IMG/VR virus record: IMGVR_UViG_3300044991_001466
Length of the DNA stretch: 64,000 nucleotides
From: a virus
Lineage: Duplodnaviria; Caudoviricetes
Direction: 5' to 3' (one strand)
Shown: positions 51,646 to 60,128 of the stretch, one piece after another
Layout of the letters: every line of letters begins with the position of its first letter
Position numbering within the stretch: position 1 is the first letter of the stretch
The notes under the pieces: model-generated
Told to the model about the DNA's origin: nothing
The model's input: the letters and a program-made list of their open reading frames with translations, nothing else
Database searches by the model: none
Made by a program: the position numbers and the translations under genes

Positions 51646-52453
51646 ATGGTCGGGAGGCAAAAGAAATGAAATAAAGTTGTTTCAAAAATACTATCCACAA
51701 GAATTTAATGTTTATATTGAACCATTTATCGGAGGAGGAGCCGTTTATTTTGATTTGAATTTTAAAGGTAAAAATGTTATTAATGATGTTCATCCAGATT
51801 TAGTTAATTTTTATAAAATGATTGCAGATGGTCATAGTAAAGAAATTTACGATTTAGCTAGTTCTTGGGGAACTACTGAGATTGATTTTTATATTGTGAG
51901 AGGGGGTAGTAAACAAAAATTAAAAAACGGTGAACTACCTTTTGTTCCAAAAAACGATATTGAAAGAGCCGCACAATTTTATTATTTAAGAAAAACTTGT
52001 TTTAGAGGAATGATTAGATATAACGATGAAGGTAAATTCAATATCCCATGGGGAAGATATAAAACAGTTAATTTTGAGGATTTATTAGTACCGGATTACA
52101 ATCATCTTTTAAATAGAACTGATGTAAGTTTAGGTGATTACAAACATATCTTTGAAAAATACAATTCACCTGATAATTTTGTTTTTTTAGACCCACCGTA
52201 CGATTCTGAATTTAATGATTATGGTTTTGATGATTTTAATAGACAATCTCAAATAGAGTTGGCTGAAATTTTTAAAACAACTAAAAATAAATGTTTAATG
52301 GTGATATCCGAAACTGATTTTATTAAAAATCTTTATAAGGATTTTATTGTTGGAACATACCCTAAAAAATATGCATTCAAAATATATAAAGGTAGAATTG
52401 GTGATGAAATCGATAAAAATCATCTTATTATAATGAATTATAAAAATGAGTAA
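51629..52453 (+). CDS. dam: DNA N6-adenine methyltransferase (Dam/D12 family)
   Basis: KPLCKWSGGK, EPFIGGGAV, INDVHPDL and FLDPPY motifs. Confidence 0.92.
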   Translation: MKPLCKWSGGKRNEIKLFQKYYPQEFNVYIEPFIGGGAVYFDLNFKGKNVINDVHPDLVNFYKMIADGHSKEIYDLASSWGTTEIDFYIVRGGSKQKLKNGELPFVPKNDIERAAQFYYLRKTCFRGMIRYNDEGKFNIPWGRYKTVNFEDLLVPDYNHLLNRTDVSLGDYKHIFEKYNSPDNFVFLDPPYDSEFNDYGFDDFNRQSQIELAEIFKTTKNKCLMVISETDFIKNLYKDFIVGTYPKKYAFKIYKGRIGDEIDKNHLIIMNYKNE

Positions 52454-54782
52454 TCCTTTTATTAAAGTTACGTGGCAGGATGTTCCTGAAAATTTCACCC
52501 CTGAGAAAATCAGAAGGGTGAAATCTTATTTTGAGAAAAAGTATGGTGCGAAGTCAGTTCAAGTTATTACTAAAACATTGGCCAACGTAAATCAAACACG
52601 TTTAGAATCCTTAGAGGCATCTGATAATATTTTAGACCATCAGTATCAAAAGAAACTGATGAAAGATTTCCTTAGAGATAACAACATTGTTATTAAAGAG
52701 GAACTGATGGAAAGACTAGATAATAAAGTCAACACTCAAATAGATAAGTTAAATGAAAATAAAGTTAGATATAACAAATGGTACATCAAGAAAGTTGAAT
52801 TCTCAAACTTTTTATCATTTGGTGATAATAATGTTATTGATTTTACAGGTTTGGACGGCATTACTGTAATTGAATCCACACCCAAAAATTTTGGTGGTAA
52901 ATCAACATCATCAGTTGACCTTTTAATGTTCTTATTTTTTAATGCAACAACCAAAACTAAAACCAACGGTGAAATCTTTAACAGATTTACAGATAAAAAT
53001 GAGGTAAGTGTTCGAGGTGAAATTACTATTGACGGAGAAGATTATGTAATTGAAAGAAAGACTTCTCGTAAAATGAGTAAGTCGGGTGAATATACAATTA
53101 AAAACGAATTAGAATTCTTTAAGAAAGATGAAGATGGGACTATCGTCAATTTATCTGGTGAACAAAGAAGGGAAACCGAAGCGTTTATAACTTCAGCAAT
53201 TGGAACCCAAGAAGATTTCTTGTCAACCATTTTAACAACAGGATATAATTTAGAAGAGTTAATTGAATCTAAACCAACTGCTCGTGGACAAATTTTAACA
53301 AAGTTCATGGGATTAGAAAGTCTTAAATTAAAAGAGGAAATTGCTAAAGAAATTTTCAACGATTGGAGTAAAAAATTAATTTCTAACACACACGACAAAG
53401 TTAATTTAGAATCTGATAATCAAACATATAAAGAAAGTATCACTAACTCCGAAAGTGATATTGTTAGATTAACAAAAGACTTAGGTAAGTTTGAAAAGGA
53501 TTTAGAAAAGTTAGAAAAGAAAAGAGACGAAGTATTCTTAAAAAGAAACAATGATGTTGATAAAGAATTATTGAATACAAACCCAACTTTATTACAAAGA
53601 GAAGTTACTTTTTTATTAACTCAAAAAAACGTAAGTCAAACAAACGCGGATAATATTTCAGTTATAGAACCATCACAATATTATCATGAGGACCAACACA
53701 AAGAGTTAAGAGGTGAGATGGCCAATCTTCAAGGAATTGATGTTGTATGCAAACACGAAAAAAGTGACAGAGAAAAACTAATAAAGAAATTTGAAGAAGG
53801 GACAGTTTGTCCAACTTGTAATAGAGCGTTAGATGAGGTAGACCACACAGATGAAATCAATAAAATTAAAAAAGAAATTGAAGACATCATCAAGTCAATG
53901 GAAGAAAATCAAATTCAATTTGATTTATTAAAAGAACAATCCGAATCGTTTGACACATTAAAGACTGAGTTTGAAACTTACGAAAAGAATAAACTTCGTA
54001 AAGAAAGATATGAATTGGAGGTTGAACAAAAACAACTTGAGATTGATACTAAACAAACAAGACTAGATAATTACGAAAGTAATAAAAAGAAACTTGAGGA
54101 TAATCAAAAAATAGATGCTGAAGTAATATCCCTTAAGACTAAAATTGAAACGGCAAACGGAGACATAAGACAAACAAATACTAACATTGAAAAACATACC
54201 AACAATATCACTAACATGAATGATAAGATTGGTATCAATGAAGAGTTGATTAAAAAAATAACAGCCGAAGAAGAGTTGTTGTCTGTGTTTAAAATATACC
54301 TAACTGTTTATGGTAAGAATGGTATTTCAAAAATCATACTTAAAAATATGGTACCGTTAATCAACCAAGAGTTATATCGTTTGTTAGTGGATAGTTGTCA
54401 TTTCATTTTAGAGATGAATATAAACGATAAGAACGAGGTTGAATTTATAATGATAGATACTGAGACACGAATTGTTAAACCTCTTAATGCGGGGTCTGGT
54501 TACGAAAGAACCATATCCTCTTTAGCACTTCGTAGTGTGTTAACTAAAATTTCATCATTACCTAAACCAAACATTGTGGTAATGGATGAAGTATTTGGTA
54601 AGATAGCGGATGAGAACTTAGAAATGGTAGGGGAATTCTTTAAGAAAATTAAAAATTACTTTGACCACATACTTGTTATATCACACAATTCTTTAATACG
54701 CAACTGGTCAGATAATATTATCATGATTAAGAAAGAAGAAAACGTTTCATCAATAGATTTTATCACTACCAAGATTTCTTAA
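52446..54782 (+). CDS. sbcC: SbcC/Rad50/gp46-like ATPase
   Basis: Walker A NFGGKST, long coiled coil with CPTC zinc hook, signature GSGYE, Walker B VMDEVF and ISH. Confidence 0.92.
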   Translation: MSNPFIKVTWQDVPENFTPEKIRRVKSYFEKKYGAKSVQVITKTLANVNQTRLESLEASDNILDHQYQKKLMKDFLRDNNIVIKEELMERLDNKVNTQIDKLNENKVRYNKWYIKKVEFSNFLSFGDNNVIDFTGLDGITVIESTPKNFGGKSTSSVDLLMFLFFNATTKTKTNGEIFNRFTDKNEVSVRGEITIDGEDYVIERKTSRKMSKSGEYTIKNELEFFKKDEDGTIVNLSGEQRRETEAFITSAIGTQEDFLSTILTTGYNLEELIESKPTARGQILTKFMGLESLKLKEEIAKEIFNDWSKKLISNTHDKVNLESDNQTYKESITNSESDIVRLTKDLGKFEKDLEKLEKKRDEVFLKRNNDVDKELLNTNPTLLQREVTFLLTQKNVSQTNADNISVIEPSQYYHEDQHKELRGEMANLQGIDVVCKHEKSDREKLIKKFEEGTVCPTCNRALDEVDHTDEINKIKKEIEDIIKSMEENQIQFDLLKEQSESFDTLKTEFETYEKNKLRKERYELEVEQKQLEIDTKQTRLDNYESNKKKLEDNQKIDAEVISLKTKIETANGDIRQTNTNIEKHTNNITNMNDKIGINEELIKKITAEEELLSVFKIYLTVYGKNGISKIILKNMVPLINQELYRLLVDSCHFILEMNINDKNEVEFIMIDTETRIVKPLNAGSGYERTISSLALRSVLTKISSLPKPNIVVMDEVFGKIADENLEMVGEFFKKIKNYFDHILVISHNSLIRNWSDNIIMIKKEENVSSIDFITTKIS

Positions 54783-55580
54783 TTTTAAAATATAATCTTT
54801 AAGACCATTTTCTAAATTCCATTTAGATTTCCAACCAAACATCCATTTATGTGGTTTACTTTCAGTATGGAATTGATATCCATTAGGAATATCTTTTTCA
54901 TCATGATATGTGTATGGTATGTTTAAATTATCTAACACATCTTCAAAGGTTCTTGCAACACCATTACCAACTTCATACCAATCACCTGCGTTTTCTTTGT
55001 AATTTTCCATTGCAAATATGTTGGCACTTATAATGTCTTTTACATAAACAAAATCTCGTTTAGGTTTAAGTGGAAATAATTTAATTTCCAAACCTTCTTC
55101 TTGTTTTTGTAACATTTGATATGCAACTGAAGCCATCTTTCCTTTATTATGTTCTAAAGGACCATAGACATTAAAATAACGTAAAGCAATCCCACCATTT
55201 TTAATTACTAATTGTTCCGCAACGTACTTACTCCAACCATATAGGTTAGATGGGTGTATACCATTAGTTCCGTAATTTGCTGCTGACGATGAATATATGA
55301 GTTTACTGTTCATTGTGTTTGACCATTCAGATAAACAACGTGTAAATTCGTAGTTTCTGGTCATCATATAATTGACATCTGTTTCCAAAGTATCGGAACA
55401 AGCACCTACGTGAAATATGACATCAGGGACAAAATCGTCTAATAAATCAAATATTTCATCATACCATTTAGGTAGGTCAAAAATGTCTTCATTTATTTCT
55501 AAAATTACATGGTTATTTACAAGTTCATTTAATAGGTTTTTTCCAATAAAACCATTTGTTCCTGTTATTAAAATTCTCAT
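54750..55580 (-). CDS. hldD: ADP-L-glycero-D-manno-heptose 6-epimerase
   Basis: ITGTNGFIG, HVGACSDT, YSSSAANYG, YGWSK and RYFNVYGP..HNKGKMASV motifs. Confidence 0.88.
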   Translation of the reverse strand: MRILITGTNGFIGKNLLNELVNNHVILEINEDIFDLPKWYDEIFDLLDDFVPDVIFHVGACSDTLETDVNYMMTRNYEFTRCLSEWSNTMNSKLIYSSSAANYGTNGIHPSNLYGWSKYVAEQLVIKNGGIALRYFNVYGPLEHNKGKMASVAYQMLQKQEEGLEIKLFPLKPKRDFVYVKDIISANIFAMENYKENAGDWYEVGNGVARTFEDVLDNLNIPYTYHDEKDIPNGYQFHTESKPHKWMFGWKSKWNLENGLKDYILKLRNLGSDKIY

Positions 55581-55581
55581 A

Positions 55582-56346
55582 TTATTTTTTTTTTCTAATT
55601 ATTGGAACACTAACACCTCTTTTTTGAACAACGATAGATGCCATTTCATTTGCGTATATTATTGACTCCTCAATATTTTTTGTTTCTAAATATTTTACGG
55701 TAAATGATGCGGTAAAAGTATCACCAGCACCACTCACATCAATGGTTTCACGTGGATCAGGTGATGGATATATATTATCCATATATTTTGCACCTTTTGA
55801 ACCTAACGTTACAATTAACTTATTTGGATAAAGTTTCTTAACATCATCACTAAAATTACGATACTCATGTTCATTTAATTTAATAAAATTAAAATTAGAT
55901 ACGAGGTCAGGTGAGATTTGTTTTTTTGTATCCATAACAATAAAACGAGAATGATAAGCAATCTCTAATAGTAATTTTTCATTTAAAAATCCTTTATTAT
56001 AATCACTCACAATAATTGCATCCGAATCTTTTATCTCATCGATGACACTATCAGTTAATTCCAAGGGTGTAATTGTCTCCTCACCCTCATCAACCCTAAT
56101 AAACATGTGGTTAGATTTATCGTCCACATATCTTGTTTTCTTAATTGGTTGAAATTGATGTATATGTTTTATTATAATATCATAGTTTAACGATTTCAAA
56201 TTTTCAATTACATTCCCACCCATTCCAAAATTTCTCTCCACGTATAATGGATTAAAAACGGGGACAGGAGCTTCAGGACTTAATCTTTTAGTTTCACCAT
56301 ATACGAATATATCCGTACATATCTCACCTATTACAGTTATTTTCAT
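55582..56346 (-). CDS. hldE: D-glycero-beta-D-manno-heptose 7-phosphate kinase (HldE/RfaE domain I only)
   Basis: RLSPEAPVPV, GGNV, SDYNKG and DVSGAGDT PfkB-family motifs; no nucleotidyltransferase domain. Confidence 0.85.
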   Translation of the reverse strand: MKITVIGEICTDIFVYGETKRLSPEAPVPVFNPLYVERNFGMGGNVIENLKSLNYDIIIKHIHQFQPIKKTRYVDDKSNHMFIRVDEGEETITPLELTDSVIDEIKDSDAIIVSDYNKGFLNEKLLLEIAYHSRFIVMDTKKQISPDLVSNFNFIKLNEHEYRNFSDDVKKLYPNKLIVTLGSKGAKYMDNIYPSPDPRETIDVSGAGDTFTASFTVKYLETKNIEESIIYANEMASIVVQKRGVSVPIIRKKK

Positions 56347-56351
56347 AATAA

Positions 56352-56380
56352 AATATAAAATAAATAATTAACAGTTTCAA
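56352..56380 (-). promoter_or_regulatory. Sigma70-like promoter for the heptose cassette
   Basis: On the minus strand: TTGAAA-17 bp-TATATT, 5 nt before the ATG. Confidence 0.5.
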
Positions 56381-56404
56381 TTTTTTATTCTAAATAAAAT
56401 TCCA

Positions 56405-56412
56405 TATATTTG
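56405..56412 (+). promoter_or_regulatory. Bacteroidota-type -7 element upstream of clpP
   Basis: TATATTTG is an exact match to the TAnnTTTG consensus, 21 nt before the ATG at 56434. Confidence 0.5.
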
Positions 56413-56433
56413 TCACATACAAATAAACTTATT

Positions 56434-57108
56434 ATGACACCAAAAGATTATCAAAGTTTCGGTCTTTACGCTAAAGATCAAGGGATTAGTTCGTTAAAGT
56501 TACATCACTACAATAAACGGATTGAGGATAGTCTAACCCCCTATATATTAGAGGAAAGACAAATGAATGTAACCATTATGGATGTGTTTTCACGTTTAAT
56601 GATGGAACGAATTATATGGGTTGCTGGTGGGGTTGATGACCATATGTCAACAATCTGTCAAGCACAATTAATGTTTTTAGATAGTTTAGATAATAATGAC
56701 ATTACAATGCACATCGATTCTCCGGGTGGTAGTGTTAAGTCTGGGTTATCTATTGTAGATGTTATGGATTATATCTCATCGGATATTAGAACCATTAACA
56801 CAGGGATGGCGGCATCAATGGGTTCGGTTTTATTAGGTGCGGGAACTAAAGGAAAAAGAGGTTCTTTAAGATTTTCACAAACCATGTTACATCAATCTTC
56901 AGGTGGGGCAGTCGGTAATATCCAAGACGCTGAAATTAGTATGGTTGAGTGGAGAAAGGTAAATGACACCTTATTTACCCTTTTAGGTGAGTATTGTGGT
57001 AAAACAGCCGAACAGGTTAAAACTGATGCAACTAGAGATTTATGGTTAAATGCGGAGGATGCACTTTCATATGGTATTATTGACGAAATAGTTAAGAAAA
57101 AGAAATAA
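56434..57108 (+). CDS. clpP: ATP-dependent Clp protease proteolytic subunit
   Basis: DVFSRLMMERII, DSPGGSV, GMAASMGS (Ser), MLHQ (His), RDLWL (Asp). The ATG at 56434 is preferred over the TTG at 56410. Confidence 0.93.
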   Translation: MTPKDYQSFGLYAKDQGISSLKLHHYNKRIEDSLTPYILEERQMNVTIMDVFSRLMMERIIWVAGGVDDHMSTICQAQLMFLDSLDNNDITMHIDSPGGSVKSGLSIVDVMDYISSDIRTINTGMAASMGSVLLGAGTKGKRGSLRFSQTMLHQSSGGAVGNIQDAEISMVEWRKVNDTLFTLLGEYCGKTAEQVKTDATRDLWLNAEDALSYGIIDEIVKKKK

Positions 57109-57111
57109 GTA

Positions 57112-57136
57112 AAAGGGAACAAAAGTTCCCTTTCTT
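57112..57136 (+). terminator. Hairpin terminator after clpP
   Basis: AAAGGGAAC-AAAA-GTTCCCTTT followed by CTT. Confidence 0.7.
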
Positions 57137-57159
57137 CATATTTATAATAAACACATAAT

Positions 57160-57495
57160 ATGAAGATTGATAAAACAAACGTACTATTAGTTTTAATCGC
57201 TTGTTTGGCCGCATACACAATATTTCAGAATCAAGGTATAAAAACCGACGTTGCTGGTTATAATGCGAAAATTGAATCCCTACAAAAAGAGATAGATTCG
57301 GTTTATGTTGCAAACAAAAAGATTGATAATCAAATTGAAAAGGTTGATAACCACATCGTTAACGTAGATAAAGAAATTGACAATGTGACTAAAAACATAA
57401 CTATTATTAAAAACAACACAGATGAAAAAGTTAATTCTATTACTACTATTGGTAATGTCGAGCTTGAGCAGTTATTCACAAACAGATACAACTAA
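57160..57495 (+). CDS. N-terminally anchored coiled-coil protein (i-spanin-like)
   Basis: Single N-terminal hydrophobic helix followed by a heptad coiled coil. Confidence 0.5.
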   Translation: MKIDKTNVLLVLIACLAAYTIFQNQGIKTDVAGYNAKIESLQKEIDSVYVANKKIDNQIEKVDNHIVNVDKEIDNVTKNITIIKNNTDEKVNSITTIGNVELEQLFTNRYN

Positions 57496-57847
57496 AATTA
57501 TCGTTTCTGATACAAATAAGGTCACCTTACCAACAAGAGTTGCTAGATTAGCATTTCAAGATTTACTTCGTTACGACGGTGCCAAATTAGAGATTAATGA
57601 GTTAAATAAGGTAATAACACTTAAAGACGAACAAATTGGTTTGTTTAAACAAAAAGATTCATTAAAGGACCAAAAAATTGGAAATTTAGAATTAATCATC
57701 AATAAAAAAGATGAACAATTTGGATTAGAAAGACAAAAATCTGAAAGTTTATTAAAAGAACTTAAAGGTCAAAGAGCTAAAACATTCCTTTATAAAGTTG
57801 GGTCCTTTGTTGGAATAATTGCAACTTCATTATATCTTCTTAAGTAA
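57422..57847 (+). CDS. Secreted coiled-coil protein with C-terminal hydrophobic segment (spanin-like partner)
   Basis: Signal peptide MKKLILLLLLVMSSLSSYS followed by Q; overlaps the upstream ORF by 74 nt. Confidence 0.5.
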   Translation: MKKLILLLLLVMSSLSSYSQTDTTKIIVSDTNKVTLPTRVARLAFQDLLRYDGAKLEINELNKVITLKDEQIGLFKQKDSLKDQKIGNLELIINKKDEQFGLERQKSESLLKELKGQRAKTFLYKVGSFVGIIATSLYLLK

Positions 57848-57849
57848 AG

Positions 57850-58497
57850 ATGAAAAAATATTTAAACGTCAAGAATTTTACGATTGTTATTCTGATAATA
57901 CTATTATTCTTGGCATTTTTTAATCCAGGAGGATACCTACCTAATAGGACAAATATAATGGTTGATTCAATACCATATGCGGTTCATGATACCATCTCTG
58001 TTGATAATTTAGTTGAGGTTGAAGTAGAAGTCGAGGTTCCTGTTGAGGTTGAAGTTGAGAAAAGGGTTGAGGTACCCGTTCTAACTCCTGTTGATACTAA
58101 TGAAATATTGAAAGTTTATTTTGCAAAAATCCAACACAAGGAAGTATTAACGTTACCTAACAATCAAGGGATTGTAACTATAACTGACACAATTTCGAAA
58201 AACAACATAGTCAATCGTAAGTTTATTGCAGATATAAAACGTATGATTGTTAAAGATACTATCTACACACAAATACCAAGAAAAACTGAGGCTTATTTAG
58301 GTATTGATGCTAAATTTGATAAACCTAATGTTGTGAATATCATTGGATTGAGCATGTTATTTAAAAATAAAGATGATAATCACATGTATAGATTGGGTGT
58401 CGGGGTCACAAATAGAACTGATGACCAAGGAAGTACAGGTAAATTAACACCGTTTATTGGAGGGGGAGTTTATTGGAAAGTTAAATTAAGAAAGTAA
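57850..58497 (+). CDS. Membrane-anchored protein with VEVEVPV repeat and beta-strand C-terminus
   Basis: N-terminal transmembrane segment; C-terminal FIGGGVYWKV resembles a beta-signal. Confidence 0.5.
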   Translation: MKKYLNVKNFTIVILIILLFLAFFNPGGYLPNRTNIMVDSIPYAVHDTISVDNLVEVEVEVEVPVEVEVEKRVEVPVLTPVDTNEILKVYFAKIQHKEVLTLPNNQGIVTITDTISKNNIVNRKFIADIKRMIVKDTIYTQIPRKTEAYLGIDAKFDKPNVVNIIGLSMLFKNKDDNHMYRLGVGVTNRTDDQGSTGKLTPFIGGGVYWKVKLRK

Positions 58498-58521
58498 TTC
58501 ACCAACCAATATTTTATTTAA

Positions 58522-58962
58522 ATGAAGACATATATTTTATTCATATTTGGAATGTTCGACGACCATGAAGATATTGAATTTTTCTGTACCCAAGTTCTTG
58601 CTGAAAGTAAAGTAATTGAATCTGTTAGGTTTGTAATTGAAAATTCCCAAAACATTATTGTCATTTTTGACTCAGAATTTGACCATAAAAACATATCAAA
58701 TGAACTTTTTGGTTTACTGATAAATGATAATATTAAATTTTACTTTATATTTGATAGGGAGAATTTAGTAACAGCACACTTACCTGCCGAGGTAAAAGAT
58801 TTTATATTTAAACCATCAAATGCTAATCACATAGTTAGAGTTGAATATGAAAAAACAAGTCCTATTTTGGATTTAGACCAACTACTTGAAAAAATAGAAG
58901 AATCAGGAATTGCTAGTTTAACTTCCGAAGAAAAAAAATTCTTAGATAATTTTGATAATTAA
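58522..58962 (+). CDS. Hypothetical protein with DUF6576-like C-terminal helix pair
   Basis: LDLDQLLEKIEESGIASLTSEEKKFL. Confidence 0.55.
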   Translation: MKTYILFIFGMFDDHEDIEFFCTQVLAESKVIESVRFVIENSQNIIVIFDSEFDHKNISNELFGLLINDNIKFYFIFDRENLVTAHLPAEVKDFIFKPSNANHIVRVEYEKTSPILDLDQLLEKIEESGIASLTSEEKKFLDNFDN

Positions 58963-58982
58963 TCAAAAAATTCGTATCTTAG
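58951..58982 (+). promoter_or_regulatory. Bacteroidota-like promoter upstream of the sigma gene
   Basis: TTTG-N20-TATCTTAG, one mismatch to TTTG-N19-21-TAnnTTTG. Confidence 0.4.
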
Positions 58983-59006
58983 TCCTACACTAACAATAAC
59001 TTACCA

Positions 59007-59822
59007 ATGAAGAAATCCATCTTAGTCAACGCCGACGAACTAACAAACTACATCAAAGATTTACGTAAAATTCCTGTAATCACACACGAAAGACAGGAAA
59101 TTATTTTTAATTTGTTGAATAATAAAAATACAACAAAGGAAGATAAAAAGAAATTACATGATGAGTTAATTGTTGGTAATCTTAGATTTGTAATATCCGT
59201 ATCAAAAGCGTATCAAAATCAAGGGATGGATTTACTTGATATCATATCTGAAGGTAACATAGGATTAATTAAAGCGGCCGAAAGGTTTGACCCTACAAGT
59301 GGGTTAAAATTTATATCTTATGCGGTGTGGTGGGTTAGACAATCAATCATGGCATTTTTAAATGAAAATGCTAGAACAATTAGAATCCCTTCAAATTTAG
59401 TTCAAGAGGCTCAAAAGAATAAAAAATTAGATTTAAGCGACGAGGATAAATTCTACACAAATAATTCAGAAGAAAGTACACCAATAGGAACACAATTACC
59501 ATATTGTGTTGGTCTATATCGTGAAATTAATGAGGATGGGGACCAACTAATTGATGTAATTCCAAATAGAGAAGTTATAAGTCCTGATGAAATATTAAAC
59601 ACACCTGAAGAAATAAAAAAGAAAGTGTCTTTAATGTTGGGGGTTTTAGACGAAAGAGAAAAAACAATTATTGAAAAATATTACGGATTAACTGGTATAG
59701 AATCCAATTTAGAAGATTTGGGTGATGAATTTGGATGTACAAAAGAACGTATCCGACAACTAAGAGATAAAGCAATAAAGAAGCTCAGAAACGAGAGTTT
59801 TGGGTTATTAAACTATTTATAA
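59007..59822 (+). CDS. rpoD: Sigma70-family factor (Bacteroidota RpoD-like, no region 1.1)
   Basis: NLRFVISVSK, EGNIGLIKAAERFD, KFISYAVWWVRQ and region 4 TKERIRQLRDKAIKKLR. Confidence 0.9.
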   Translation: MKKSILVNADELTNYIKDLRKIPVITHERQEIIFNLLNNKNTTKEDKKKLHDELIVGNLRFVISVSKAYQNQGMDLLDIISEGNIGLIKAAERFDPTSGLKFISYAVWWVRQSIMAFLNENARTIRIPSNLVQEAQKNKKLDLSDEDKFYTNNSEESTPIGTQLPYCVGLYREINEDGDQLIDVIPNREVISPDEILNTPEEIKKKVSLMLGVLDEREKTIIEKYYGLTGIESNLEDLGDEFGCTKERIRQLRDKAIKKLRNESFGLLNYL

Positions 59823-59834
59823 AAATATAACATT

Positions 59835-60128
59835 ATGAAAAAGTTAATCGAATTAATAAAAACATATAAACTACAGATACTGATTTTTTTAACAGTCATA
59901 TTCTTTTTTCGCTCTTGTAGTAATTCAAGTAAAGTGACTAAATTAGAAAAAATTGTAAAACAACAGGTTACCATTAATGATAGTCTTAAAATCACACATA
60001 AAAACGAAAAAATAGCAATTCACGGTTTTTATGATAATTGGATTACACAAAAAGATAGGGGACCACAGTTAATGGAACTACATTTCATTGTTAAAGAAAA
60101 ACTAAAAAAAGAACAAGAATCTAAATGA
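59835..60128 (+). CDS. Putative lipoprotein
   Basis: Hydrophobic stretch ending FFFRSC (lipobox-like Cys). Confidence 0.5.
   Translation: MKKLIELIKTYKLQILIFLTVIFFFRSCSNSSKVTKLEKIVKQQVTINDSLKITHKNEKIAIHGFYDNWITQKDRGPQLMELHFIVKEKLKKEQESK

Noticed and set aside
55581-55596. A10 run before the hldE stop; loss of one A would fuse the kinase to HldD
   Set aside because: A 1-nt gene spacing always leaves one fusing frame, hldD has its own ATG, and the A-run fits the A-rich initiation context. Kept only as a weak possibility.
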